From positions 6,140,001 to 6,204,000 of the forward strand of contig NW_024704742.1 of assembly GCF_018977255.1 (NCBI RefSeq): a stretch of DNA of 64,000 nucleotides, read 5' to 3'. The first letter of the stretch is position 1. Each line of letters begins with the position of its first letter. Made by a program: the position numbers and the translations under genes. This DNA comes from Callorhinchus milii (lineage: Eukaryota). A model generated the notes under the pieces. The model made no database searches and was not told the origin of the DNA. It saw only the letters and a list, made by a program, of their open reading frames with translations. This document shows positions 37,451 to 50,720 of this stretch, piece after piece.

Positions 37451-39374
37451 CTAATTTGTATCAATTAAAATCGGAAACCGGCAAATCTAAATATACATTA
37501 GTTATTTGGATACAGATGTAGGGGTTGCTACCTGGACTCGCCACTGCGCACAAAGTTTTGGGACAGCACTGGCAATACTGTACTGGGACTGCTGTGTTTT
37601 TTTCAATACAAAGCAATGACTTAGACATTGATTTAGGAAAACAACAACTTGCATTTGTTTAGTGACGTCCCAGAGCTGCAGGAAAGCTAGCCAGACATGC
37701 GCTCTCAAAGGCAAGTTATGCATTTTAGCTGGTGAAACCCCAATGTACAATCTGGGGTCCCCAAGCGTTGGCTCTTGCCAGCACGCCTCTAATACTTTGA
37801 GTAATTAAGTAAAGCAGGGTGTGACTCTCCAGGGAGGGAGTGTGCATTTCCATTCAAGGCACAGCGCCATTTCCACATGTAGGTGCAGTACAGAGGATAT
37901 TAGAAAGAGGATGTTTTGAATGTTGAGGGATGATGCTTCGATACACAATCCACTGTGTTATTCATGCACTCACTCTAAAGGCAAGCCTGCCTCGCATTTG
38001 GATAACAGACTCCGAGTTCATTGAAACACAAAAGGAACTCAGACCGCATGACTAAGTGTTAAAACTCTTACATGGTTGATGGAAAATGTTCTGTTTTAAT
38101 GTTTTGCCTCTCCTCCTACTCCTCCCCACCTTCCTCCAATCAGCACCACCAAGGAGCTTGTTAATGTAATGAATGTTCCTGAAATTAAAGTTGTGGGTTG
38201 TGTGGCTTGGAGGTGTTTTTTTAATGATAAAACATGGAAAGAATCTGGATTTTGTTGAAATCCTTACAGCCCATTGCAGCAACATCACTGAGAGATTGTA
38301 ATAACAATAATAATATCCTATAGACTACTCTACAGCTAAAATTGGTCACTCAATTTATGGCTGTTTGTGGGACATTACTGTGCGCAAATGGCTGTTGCAT
38401 TCGTCCACAAAATACAGTTACACCACTTTACATCCAGCAAAGCACTTTGAAATGTCTCATTGACAGGACAAGTGTGCGATATCAAATGCAAGGCTTATAA
38501 TAATACCATATTAATGTTATAATATTCATATTATAATAATAATCCTTACATTGGATATATTGCATTTTACATCAGGAAGGCATCTCAAAGCATTCACAGG
38601 ATTTACAGTGAATGACGTGGGTGTGGACTGAAAGCAATGGCAGCAGCCAATTTGAGTACGGCAACATCAATAGTGCGTGACCAATTTTATGTGCACGCTT
38701 AGATCAGCCAGGTGGACCAATGTGCGTTTTTGCTATTCTCGGACATTCCCTGAAAAGTATTTCAGTGTGTCCGGGTAGATCATAAACCGTATCAACTGAA
38801 TATTGAAACAGTATTTTAGGGCAGGGAAAAAAATAATACTGTAAAACAGCTTCCAATATTTTGTCTTTTATTAAGTTGCTAATTGCAACTTAAGCCTGAG
38901 GTTTGTTTCACCTGGAAAATAATGAACTTGCCCAAATAATTACTGGTTGCTGTCAAGGATGCATATCCGGTTGTTTGAACCTTGACACACCGTGGGCGAA
39001 AGTTTTTTTTTTACACTGACAGGATGACACAAGAGACATCAAGTCTTACTTTATCGAAAACTTGAGGGAAATAATGGAGGGTGACAACTATGACCAAACA
39101 ACAAGGTTTGAGCAAAATGTTGAAATGTGCACTGCTAATCCCCGGAAGGTTTAAAACCTGAACTGCTGGGTTTTTCAACTTCAAAGTCGTTATTATTTAA
39201 TTTCCACCTTATAACTTGAATTGGCACGATATACTTTCTTAGTTTACTCTCAGTAATGCTGGTACAACCATTTTATTTGTGTTTGTATAATTCTATAGTT
39301 TATAGATATTTGGGGAGGACACATTTGCAAGGCTATAGGGAGAGAGTAGGGGAGTGAGATTAATTTGGATAGCT

Positions 39375-39770
39375 CGGCTCAGTTGGTAGCGCTCTTATTT
39401 TTGAGTAAAAAGCGTGTGGGTTCAAACCCCATGTTGCAACTTTGAACTCGTATTCCAGGCTGACGTTCCTTTGCAACACTGGGGGATTCCTGCATTGTCA
39501 AAGGTTTTGACCTTTGGATGAGATGTCAAATCAAGACCCAATCTGCTTGTTCAGGTGAACGTTAAAGATCCCATGGCGCGATCTGAAAAGAGAAGAGAAT
39601 TTCTCCTGGTTGCCAACCGTCCACCCAGCGAAATTATTCATTCACTTCATGGCTGTTCATGGGACCTGACTAAGAGCAAATTGACTCTTTGCCTTCCAAA
39701 ACAGTCACTATAGCAGTTATCTGTAAAGCAGATAGGGACATTACAATAGGGCAGATAGGTGCATTATAAA
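39375..39770 (+). mobile_element. Old SacSINE1-like Deu SINE abutting a CR1 tail fragment (about 39300-39374)
   Basis: 'ggctcagttggtagcgctctt...gggttcaaaccc', core 'caggtgaacgttaaagatcccatggc'. Confidence 0.7.
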
Positions 39771-39889
39771 TCAATTCACCTTTTAGTGAAGCACATTATA
39801 ATGGGGTTGCACTGTATGTATATCGGGTCTCTGGAAAGTGGCACAATTTCTCCCGTATTATTTGTTCTCCCCTCTGGGTGCCCACTCTC

Positions 39890-40150
39890 TCTCTCTCAGA
39901 GTGAGGTATCCTATCTGTGTCCTGATCCCTTGAATTGGAGACCGATCCTGTCTTCACCCAATGTGCACACATGTTCCCCTTCCTGCAGGAGTCACTGGAT
40001 AGCGATCAGCGGAAGGAATCCTTTTCAAATTTTTTTGTTCCTCCTTAGTCCAGGGCTTAGAAGCCATATTGGAGTTTCGAAGCTGCTGCTTCAACTGAGA
40101 TTAGCTAACTCAGTACAGCCCGACCCTGGAACCTTAAGGTCTGTAGAACT
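39890..40150 (-). mobile_element. Third, ancient SINE-like family (unnamed here)
   Basis: Shares the motifs 'gagttagct.atctcag' and 'ctgatcgctatccagtga...acaggatc' with copies at about 6640-6790(-), 9690-9830(-), 20055-20230(-), 43950-44040(+), 55020-55250(+), 57178-57370(+) and 62620-62800(+). Confidence 0.5.
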
Positions 40151-41831
40151 CAGCATTTCCATAATTTGGAATAATATACAAATATTATTTTATTGATGCA
40201 GAATTGACCTGATTTTGTCGGCTTGTTGGCTCTGGCTCACATGCTGCTTCTTTCTCTTTCCATCTTGTGGGATAGAAGAAAAGGCTAGAGCTTAAATTAA
40301 AATCCTGCAGTTTCTTATCTGCTTCCCACATGAAGGCAAATCTGTGTTGAAAACCGTAAAATTAAGAGAAGATCGGGGATAGTATAATTCAGCAAATCCA
40401 TCGGTTCGGCTTCTAGGCTGTCTGACTGGAGGGAGGAAAGGGGGTCAGACAGACATTAATAGGGTGCAAGCTATCAATTTGCTTTTCTCAATTGAAGCAT
40501 TTGTACTTCCAGTGAGTAAGAGGGAGGTAGGGGAGGAACAGCATTGGTATTTAAAACTCTGATAGAAACACTCTGACGTTGATGTGGAATTTTTTGTGGA
40601 TTTTAGGAAGCAATCCCTCTTTTCCCCTAGAATTATAGATAGCAATGACTGACTTCACCTCCCGTACTATAAACACCAACAGCCCTGGCTCTATCAAGCA
40701 AATTGATAGCTTGCACCCTATTATTGTCTCCCACCCCCCCATAGATACTAACAATGCGCACTCCCTCTCCGCGCCCCCATAGACTCCATTAGCATTTTCT
40801 AGAAAAAGCTGACATTGATTTACATCTTATTTAATCAGAAAACTTGATACGCCTGCCTATTTATAGCTCACAACTCCCATTGCTTCCGTGTGCCCGTGTT
40901 TTGCCTGTCAGAGGAGAACTGTGTGCATGTCGCCAGGACTGTGACTGAATGATCAGCTGACAGAAGCTGCTGAATGGGACTGAATCACTCTGTTTACATA
41001 GTTTATTTATTGACGGTGATATGACGCATAGATGTCAATGTCTGGTCAAACCGTTATGTTTCACGAAGAGCTCGCACTTTACATATTTTCACCTACAAAA
41101 CATACAGTCACTTACTTCACTGTAAATCCTGTGAAGCGCTTTGAGACATTCTCTCGACGTGAAAGGTGCTATATCAAATGTAAGGATTATTATTATTATG
41201 ATACATACAACATGCACAAACACGTATACATTTTACACATCCAATGAATCCCACAGCATTCCCAATACACGAAAGTAGCCCTTTGTTGGCAGAATTGTGC
41301 GTGGGTACAGAATGGTCAAGGAGCAAGGAACATATTTCTGTTAAAGCGAGCTAACTTCAAGGAGTTCTTTTGTTTCCCAATGTAACTAGACAGTACTCCT
41401 AATAGGTTCTCTAATCTACCTAGTCAGTACTCAGCCTCTCCTTGATGATACTCCGTAACACTTAGAAGTCGGATCCATGAGGCAATACGTTAGCTGAGGT
41501 GTATAATTGGATGATGGAACAGAATGTTACTATTGCTGTACTTACCCAGCACTTTGGCGGATATCTCCCACCTGGGGCTTCCTTTACTTGCTCTGCATAA
41601 ACCCATTACTGCCTCATTAGTTAAAAGCAACGATAAGGGATACAAGGAAATGGAGGAGAAAATATCAAAGGCCCTGGAATTAGATTCAAGATGAAGCAGG
41701 AATGGTTTGCAGATGGTCGAGAAGATTGAAATAAACAATGAAAAATCTAATGCTTGGACAAGGAAAAATGTTTGGAATAAACGTAGCAGGACACACGTAC
41801 CCAGTTATGACTGAGTTATGACGTAACGCTG

Positions 41832-42230
41832 CAACAATAACTTACACTTATATCGATCCATTTGTGTTAGACAAACAGCCCAGCGCGCTTTATAGAGACA
41901 ATAAGGAGTGACAAGCATCAAGGAAAGGAAAGAAAATTAAAAGTTTATTGACCAAAGCAATGGTCAAAGAGATCATTGTAAGAACGTTTTCAATACAGGG
42001 AGAGAAGACTTGCAAGCTGAGCAATATTGAGAGAAGTTTCTGAGAGAAAGGACCTTGTGGCTTTCAGCTCGTTGGGATGTATTAGAGTGAGGAACAAACA
42101 ATAAACCAGAATCGGAGAGTAGTGGACACTGACCAGCAAATAGATCTGGGGGATATTGCAGATTATTTGCAAGGTAATTTGGACAAGACGTAAATAAGGT
42201 GAAATGTAAATGAGGAACGGAAGACTGCTG
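41832..42230 (-). mobile_element. Old L2 3' end
   Basis: 'caacaataacttacacttatat...ggtcaaagagat...' followed by a purine-rich stretch, as in the other - strand L2 ends. Confidence 0.5.
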
Positions 42231-45200
42231 CCAGGAAATGGTATGACTCAGTTGGTCTCGCCCATCTCCTTGACCTGGGGATACCTTTGCCTGGTCCTTT
42301 CTCGATTAGTGGAAGTAAGTGGGTTGAGAGAGAAAAAGTTGTGGGGGGAAAAAAATTGAAGTTTGCATATCATCAAGGCAACTCTTGAACGCAAGTGATA
42401 TTCCAGGAATGTCATTGCTCCTCCAATTCAATAGAAGCCGGAGCAAGATCTCCATCCGATCGGTATGTGGTGATGGAACTGATTTTAAGAGAGTTCCCTG
42501 CAGTGCTACAGGGAACTGCGTGATATGCAGTTGATGCAAATAGTAACCCTTCCATTTGGTACAGCGCTTTTCAAGTCTAGAGGGCATCCCAAAGCCCTTC
42601 ATGGGATATACTGTAAAGTGACTGCTTTTTGTTTGAGGCAGCCAATTTGAGCATAACCAGGTCCCATAAATAGCCATGAAGTAAATTATGTTTTTTTTGT
42701 AGCGTTCTGGCTCTTGAGGACAATAAAAATCAATTGAGAAAGCGAGGGATGGCTTTTGATGGCTCTTGACTTTCGTGACGCCATGTAACTAATGTGATGG
42801 CCTGCCCACCAATCCACGTACGATAGCTTCAGGATCAGGACCTTTGACGTGACACAGAATCTATAGTTTCCTTAGGAAATCGAGTTAAATAGCTGTTGCC
42901 TTAACAGACGTTTTTATGTGGCTCCCATATGCACAATGGTATATTAAAACATATAAAATATACATATTGGGTTCCCCCGGAAGACTTGGACCAAGCAATT
43001 CAGTCAGTTAAGGATGAGAATCCTGTACCTGGCATTCAGTGCTTTGATTATGCTTTCCAATGCCTACAGCAGATTTTCCCATTACAGTCCATACAGTTTA
43101 ATCACATGCATGATTGCTGTGTATTTCAATTATTTGCATATATTTTCATTGCAGCTAACCTCTTCATGTGAAAGATTCTGCTTCTTTGCCTGTACAGTGT
43201 AACCAAAAGATGTGCAAAAACTATCCTGCGTCCAGGAAGGACCATAAATTATATGTGCGTTGACTCGGGCGGTGCTATTTACTGACCTTTAGTCCCAAGA
43301 ACACAAGCCCAACCAACGTCATATTCATAAGCCACTCTCCGAAATGTTGCCAAGTGACTGGTTGTGTGTCTGTACTAATGGTTTGTCTTAAATTGTGAGC
43401 TGTGGCTGGGATACAGCATTGGAGATTGCGTGAGTGCAGAAGACTTGAGGCCATGAAATAATTTGAAAACTTAAGGCGAGCAGATTGAGATCAAGTAAAA
43501 GGTCATGGCATTGAAGAGTTGACATATGTGAAGGTTGGCGCCAGCGAGACCAGCAAGGGGAGCGTTGGAGAAACCAATCCTTTTGGCGATGAAGGCAGAG
43601 GTAGTGATTTTGGCAGCAGTGGGAGTATTTTGTTGTCTTCGTTTGCTGGAGGGTAAGAACGGGAGAGTGAGCAGTTCTGAGTCTCGGCTTGGTCAACATT
43701 CCACATAGCGACTGCGAATAAAGGACCAGAGATACAAGATAATAATAATAATAATAATAATTCTTGCATTTGATATAGCGAGACCGTGACAGGTCGTAGG
43801 GTAATGAGGCGAGGTCTGCAAATAGGATGTGTCTTTATGACGAGTGTTATTGAGCAAGGGGAAACTCCATTGTTTAGACAATAGTCTTTCATTGCTTCAC
43901 CACTTGGAGGTAATGACGTCGACATTGTTTATCCCAATTAAAAATGCAATTCACAATTAGTCTCAGCGACCTCAGGCCAGGGAGGGGAAAATGACAGCGA
44001 TGTCTTCTATGCTGTGGTTTTCGAATACCAAAAACCCATCACGAGAACACATAGCTGGTGCTTTCGCCTGGCCTCCAGACTTCTGGGGTCTGCCTCCTTC
44101 CAGCAAATCACGTTCTGCACATGTCTTAAGATCATTGCGTAAAAGCATCATGATGGAGTCAAGACATTGCCACTCGTGCAAACCGGCAGCAGTGTCTGGA
44201 GTCCCCTCCACCGGAGGAATTGGTGAAATCGCGGTACTTAGTGCCGCCAGGTCAAGATATCAAATATCTCACCAACGCTCACCGTCCAGCTTCACACAGC
44301 GAGTGGTTGGGCGTGAGGCACCAGAGGCTGGCAGCAAGGTTTTGCTGCTGAGAAAGCACATTGAAGACAAGACACAATGAATTAACTTTTATTTCCGCTC
44401 AGTCTGGCTCGTGAGCCAAGTTGTGATGAACATAAGAAGACTAAGCGCACTGGATAGCACGTAAAAATTGCCACCTGGCTGACTCGGTTCAGTATGGTAC
44501 TGTACATGCAAGACTAATTCCCTGCTGATTAAAATGTTAACCTCGTGGCGGAACCCATTACAAAGTAGCGATTGTAGGTTTGAGTAATGTGGGCAGGCCA
44601 GTCCTTTTGAAGTTTCCTAACCCACAGGATTTACAATAATATACAATCCATGGGGAGCAAAAGCCACTTCCTTTCCGAGACCGAGGCCTTGAGTGCATGT
44701 AATGTTTCAGCAGCAGCACTTCCTGAGTTGGAGTTTCAATTGATGTTGTGTTGTTATAATGGTATTTATCGGGGAGCTTATGAGTGTTTTTATTTCAGAA
44801 ATTTAGTCAAATTTTGCCTCCGCGTTTGAATATTGTGCTTGTGACTCACAAATCTTTTTCCCTGGTCTCATGCTTTTTTTAGCATTACCTGAAAGAGTCT
44901 GTGTCTGGCGTTCTGAAACACATACCTTGAGTTAAAGGATTGTTTTTTAAAACTAGTGTTGAGCAAAATTTTCAAACTAATTGGGTCCATTGTGGATTTA
45001 AGTATAATAATGCGTTTGATATAGCATCTTACATGTAAGGAAGAAGTCTCAAAGCACATCGTGGGATTTCGTGTAATGTGCGGTGACTGTACTTTGTAGG
45101 TGATTGCGGCAGCCAATTTGTGCACAGCTATGTCTCAGGCACAGCCATGTAGATACAAAAATATTACGAATATCAGGCCATCACCTACACATTGCTAACC

Positions 45201-45607
45201 GATAACCTTCTTCCATTAGGATTAATACTGTTACTGTCGGGCACATAGTGTTAGCCCTCATCTCTCTTTCTCTTTCCATGTCTCCCCACACATTGCAAGC
45301 CCTTTCTCTTCCCTACAGTGACATGCTTTCTCTCTCTACCTACCTTAATATCTATCTTGGAAAAGTTTACTCTTCGTGCTGGCAAGCACTAACTGATAAG
45401 GTTACACTCAGTAAAGATTTTGCATTAGGGATTGGAGAAAAGTGTGTCTGTCGCGTGTCCACAAGTACTCTAGTGACTAGCCAGCCTGGCTGGCTCATAA
45501 ATAGGAGGAGTAGACATGGCATAGAGGAGAAGGTAGAGGAGTTATGCAGGAACGCTGTGCAATTCCTTATCATGTCTTAAGATTTTTTTGTGTGTGGTTT
45601 CCTCCTT

Positions 45608-46082
45608 CACCAGAATGTTACCAGGGCTTTAAGGGGTATATCATGAGGACAGATTGTATGAACTTGGTCTGTATTGCCTCGAGTTTAGAAGGTTGAGAGG
45701 TGATTCGATTTGAGGTTTTGAAAATAATAAAGGGATTCGATAGGGTAGATACAGAGAAACTATTTCCTCTGGTTGGGGAATCCAGAACAAGGGGGCATCA
45801 TCTTAAAATTAGAGCCAGGCCATTTAGGAGTGAAATCAGGAGGCAGTTCTTCATCCAAAGGGTAGCGGAAATCTGGAGCTCTCTCTTCCCCCAAAAGGCT
45901 GTGGATGCTGGATCCATTCACATCTTCAAGACTGAGGTGGACAGATATTTTTTAGGTCAGGGTATCAAGGGGTGTGGAGCAAAGGCAGGTAAATGGAGTT
46001 GAGGTACTGATTGGCCATGATCTAATAGAATGGTGGAACAGACCTAAGGGTCTGAATGGCCTACTCTTGTTCCTATATTCCC
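45608..46082 (+). mobile_element. CR1 LINE 3' end (ORF2 C-terminus plus 3' UTR)
   Basis: ORF 45700..46002 EVLKIIKGFDRVDTEKLFPLVGESRTRGHHLKIRARPFRSEIRRQFFIQRVAEIW...FKTEVDRYF is the CR1 RT C-terminus. Tail 'gaatggcctactcttgttcctatattcc'. Confidence 0.92.
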
Positions 46083-46254
46083 TTCAGCGCGTTATCTATA
46101 CACATTCATTGGTGTATGTTCCTGGCTTGTACCTGCCCTTCTGTATAACGTGTACAGTTTATTGCATGGACCGTTTAGCTGTATTTCTCACTGTTAATGG
46201 ATGTTAGATTTTGATGAAAAATAAACCAAATTAACCTTTTACGTTCTTTTCTAG

Positions 46255-46387
46255 TCGAACAAGGTGCCTGTGGTGCAGCCATCGCATGCAATTCACCCCC
46301 TCACACCTCTCATCACTTACAGCGATGAGCACTTTGCACCAGGAGTTCACCCAACACACATCCCCACAGATGTCAACTCCAAACGAG
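46255..46387 (+). CDS. lef1: LEF1 coding exon (equivalent to human exon 4), [44 protein letters not shown](G)
   Basis: Acceptor 'ttcttttctag|TCG AAC AAG', donor 'CGA G|gtgagg'. Length 133 nt, phase 0 to 1. The peptide is the hallmark TCF/LEF context-regulatory region (SNKVPVVQ...[14 protein letters not shown]). Confidence 0.97.
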
Positions 46388-47767
46388 GTGAGGAATCTTA
46401 CACGTAACTTCTAAACTTCCTTTGCACACATATGCACTCGCACAAACATGCTCATTCTCATGCATGTCCACTCACTCTCATTTACCTATACGCACTCTGT
46501 CTCACACACACACATATATATATCTATATATATACATATATAAAGGGGGACACAAACGTCTTATTTTTCAGCTACTCTATTTTAAAAAAAACATCATTTC
46601 CTTGAGACTTATCAGACGTTGTAAGGGTAACACAACTTTTCGGTCACCCAGTACAAGCAATCAGTCTTGCATTGCCATGTACTGTCATGTGGATGTGCTG
46701 TCACATGTGCTCCCACACACATGTACGCAGACACAACACACACCCACAGACACAACACACAATGACATTCACACACCATACTCTTTTTCTACTATAGTTT
46801 CTCATCTGTCTGAGGCAATCAATGTAAATCGATCCAGGAGCATTGCTTCTGTGTGGTACATTTATTTACAGCATTTCCTCTATCAAATATCAAGCTATTG
46901 TGGACAACTTTGAGAAAGTAACAGCAATTCAGCGCAGGTCTGTGATTGTCTCTCAGTATACTGACCCCCAGTGGCCAATGACTTCTGATAGTTGGCGACT
47001 TGATTCAGCGAGACCCACTGTGCTCATTTCTAACTTGCTCGTCGATGTTTGAAACACCTCGGCATTTCTAACGGAAGGAAGGGACACAAAGTACTGTCAT
47101 GTATGAGACTTGTTTTCAAGAACTGGATTAGAATAAGGCGATTGTACAATGACTTTTTGGTGTGTGTGCGTGCAAATGTTTCAAATAACTCTATCCAGCA
47201 GCAAAATTATTTGAACTAATTCTGTAATTTCTTGCTCCCACTGGAATTTGATCACGTCAATGAAGTCACCCTAAGAAACTGTAGACAATGATTGTAGACT
47301 TAACCCAAGCCACCAGCAAGTGTACATTTTAGTTCTCTCCACTCCCAATAACACAAGGCTAATACAGGAGAGGTAACAGAGTAAACTGTCCCACGCTGTT
47401 GTTAGCTATTGTGCATCAGCAGCTGAGCAAACATCAAGTTAATACTAACATCATAGGAGGTAGGTTAAAAAGGAAGAATTGTTTGCACATTGCACTGAGA
47501 GACCAAGTTGTGAGCAAGATTTACCATCTTTAATGGTCTGTTTGTTCTGCGGGGGGGAACAGTGTGTGGAAAAAATAGATAATTGCACAAATATAACAAT
47601 TTAGCTCCTCCCCTGATGACTTGGGGAACAATCACAATTGCATGTTATGGCACTGAGTCATATAGACTGGCAAAATAGCCAGGGGCAGATGAGAGTGATG
47701 TGATAGGTGGTGAAGAATAGCAGTATCCACAAACACATACTTGCAGTTTCATGCATTGATCGTAAAT

Positions 47768-48095
47768 AGAAGTCCGGTTGCTCAGTGGTTAGAGCACTCG
47801 CCTCGCAAGCGAGAGACCTGGGTTCGATTCCCGGGCAGGACGAAATGTTGGGCAAGTTTCCTTACTCCGCACGCCTCTGTTTACCGACCAGTAAGTAGGA
47901 ACCCAGTTGTTAGTCGATTGGCGGATCGCTTTTCCGGGGGTAATAATTCCTTCAAAGAAAATAAATCACAAAAAATTGGTCACTCAATCCAGGATTGTTT
48001 GTAAAGTATATCCTGTGAAGCACTTTAAGACGTCTCGAAGAAGTGATAAGGCACTATATCAAATGATAGGATTATTATTATTATTATTATTATTA
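47768..48095 (+). mobile_element. Young SINE with an intact tRNA-Ala(CGC)-like head and an internal deletion
   Basis: 'gctcagtggttagagcactcgcctcgcaagcgagagacctgggttcgattcccgggcagga' folds as a cloverleaf with loop ctcgcaa. Confidence 0.9.
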
Positions 48096-48969
48096 CACGT
48101 TCGCTTTGGAAATCCCGTTATAAAACCTTAACAAATTATTTGCGCGTGTTAGTGATTTCCCTTTCTGAGGCGACATCCCCCCACCCCCACCCGACTCCCG
48201 GCTTGGCATCCAAAGTGCTTTTTTTCTAATGTTTCCATTAGAGAAAATATATCTAATTAGATATGCATGCAGCTTTCTTAAAGTATATGCTTGATTTGAG
48301 ATGCTTGTCTCTGAGTTTTTATAGTCTCTTGGGTTTTTTTTGAACCACAGTTTTCAGCTGACACATCCCAGCTTTTTGCAAGCACAGATCAAAGGCACTA
48401 TCCAAACAGATAAGGATCTCTGGTAGGTGGGGAATTGGACACTGTCAAATCGGGTGTGGACATCTGAAGCCCAGGGTTTCCAGATCATAAAAACCTACAT
48501 CCCACACTGGATTTTACGATAAGTGAGCACACGAAATAGTTCAGGTTTTGAAGTCGGAACGTTTTTTTTATGTTCAGTTCAAAACCAAGACAATTCCCTG
48601 CTCAGTCAGGTCTAAAGACTGCGTGGGACAATCACTGAGACAGGATGAGATTCTGCTGGTCAGTAGACTTTGCAGCCATTCACTTATAATCAAGGAAATC
48701 CTGGTGTAAATGCCAGAGTCGTTAATTTCACCAACCAGCGGGTGCACCCTTAGATGTCTGATCTTCAATAGCTTTAGCTGAAATGCTTCATAAAGCAAGA
48801 TATTTCTCAGTGAAATCAGGTTGTTGATCTATGTTTGTCTGGTGGCTTGTATTGATTCACCAGCTCAAAGATAAAACCTAACTAGAATTCTACCTTTTGT
48901 TGTCCCCATGGGACAAGAGCCTGTTATGGCTCTTGGCCAAACAACTAGATAGAGTGCATCACAACACTT

Positions 48970-49375
48970 TATAACCCTTGCATTTGATATTTGATTTGAT
49001 CACGTCTTCGAGACGTCTCAAAGCTCTTCAAAGCAATTGGCTACGGCGATTCTCCCTCAAAATACACAGTCAATTCACTTTACGGTATATTCACTTGACA
49101 GAATATACTGTAAAGTGAATTGACTGTATATTTTGAGGGCGAAACGCGGCAGCCAATTGCGCACAGCAGCAGATTGAAGTGACACTTTTTCTTAAGGAAT
49201 TATTACCCTCAGAAAACTGATCCGCCAATGGACTAACAACCGGGTTCCTAATTACTGCTAGGTAAACACAGGCGTGCGGTGTAAAGAAACTTGCCCAACG
49301 TTTCGCCCTGCTGGGAATCAAACCTAGGGCTCTCACTTGTGAGGTTAGTGCTCTAACCACTGACTTAAGGACTTC
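48970..49375 (-). mobile_element. Young SINE carrying an internal 60-bp inverted duplication
   Basis: Tail at 48970, head ending 'aaccactgacttaaggacttc'. 49033-49092 is the reverse complement of 49101-49160. Confidence 0.85.
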
Positions 49376-50332
49376 ATTAATGATTAATGAAGGAGAACCA
49401 GTGGCACGTGTGAGATCCGTTTCTGAATGGGAGCTAAGATTGCAGGATTTATTTCTTTTCAATGCAAATGAAGAAAGATTTACAGCCTAGCCATGACACA
49501 GTCCTTTCCGGAATCGACTCCACAGATGTGCTTCCTCCAGCAGCAGCCATCGGATAGAAATCAGGGCTGAAAACCGTTTCATCGTCTTTGCCTTAAGATC
49601 ATTGTCTTAGAATTTCAGATTGCACGGGATTTGGGAAAATTGTTGAATTCAGTTTTTACTTTGAAGTTAGTTCTCTGTAGCTCTTGAAACAACTCACAGA
49701 AAGCCATCTTCGAGATTAAGACTATAATTAAGCATTTGCCTATAAAGGGATCTTCATCGTGACAACATTTTCTCCCAAAAAGTTGGGATTTGGTGGTGTT
49801 TTGCTCTGGCCTTTTTCCATAATTTTACGATTTAATCCATTTTGTTCGTATTGGAAAATATACTGTAATATACAAAGCAAAAATCTTACTTTGCTCTCCC
49901 CAGTCCTTTGCTGATTATCACACATTTGACCCAATTGGCACCATTGCAAACCCGAATACATTCAGGAGGTCAATGAACAATTCGTTTCAATGTCCACCTG
50001 ATCTAATCTCTTCTGTCGGACCCAGGACATCACGTTAGTGTTTTATCACGTGACAAATTGTAAAAAAAAAGGTGTAACAATCTTAATGGATTTCCCACTT
50101 GCAAATATAATAATCCTTGCATTATTGGAGGGATTTGTTTTATATAATTTTTTTAATAAATACGTAAAGAAAGGGTTGTTCATATTAGGTATTGTGTGGG
50201 GGGGGGAAAACATTCTTGGATTTAAAATGAGCTAATTTGTTAGAGGAAAAATTAAAAAAATTCATTGAGGTGTCAAATAACAACTCCGTTCGATAACTAG
50301 GAAATGTCGTTACCAGCCATGGAGTCGCTGCT

Positions 50333-50720
50333 ACAACAGCAACAACAACAACTTGAGTTTATATGTCACCCTTCACGTGGGGTAGCGTCCCAGAGCGCTT
50401 GACCCCGAGCCGGGGGGAGAGGGATGGGGGAGATGACCATGAGCACGATCAAAAAGGAAGGTCCTTAGGCGGCATTTGACAGTGGGTAGGGAGGGGACAA
50501 GGTGGAGCGATTAAGGGAGGGAGTTCCAGAGCTTCGGGGCGCAGTGGCTGAAGGCACGGCCGCCGATGGTGGAGCGGAGGGGATGAGGGACGAAGAGGAG
50601 GCCGGAGCCAGCCGAGCGGAGGCAGCGAGTGGTGGAGTGGGGGGTTAAGCAATCGGATAGGTAAGGAGGTGCGCGGGAGTGAAGGGATTTGACAACCAAA
50701 GAGCTACAGGGGTTGATCAC
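50333..50720 (-). mobile_element. L2 LINE 3' end
   Basis: ORF 50511..50720 KSLHSRAPPYLSDCL...LRSAGSGLLFVP...TIGGRAFSHCAPKLWNSLP, with a (caa)n terminus. Confidence 0.9.

Larger units (their letters stand above)
1..46254 (+). other. lef1: 3' part of the large LEF1 intron preceding the SNKVPVVQ exon (intron 3 in human numbering)
   Basis: No recognisable upstream LEF1 exon (beta-catenin-binding region) in 46 kb. The homologous intron is large in vertebrates. Confidence 0.8.

Noticed and set aside
46422..46913. 163-aa + strand ORF just after the first exon
   Set aside because: Arises from (CA)/(TA) low-complexity intron sequence.
47775..47840. tRNA-Ala(CGC)-like cloverleaf with A/B boxes
   Set aside because: It is the SINE head, continuous with the SINE body and repeated with divergence across the window, so it is not a tRNA gene.
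48447..48514. Small hairpin (atctgaagccc/gggtttccagat within aaatcgggtgtgg/ccacactggattt) as a pre-miRNA
   Set aside because: Large asymmetric bulge and almost no terminal loop, so it is not miRNA-like.
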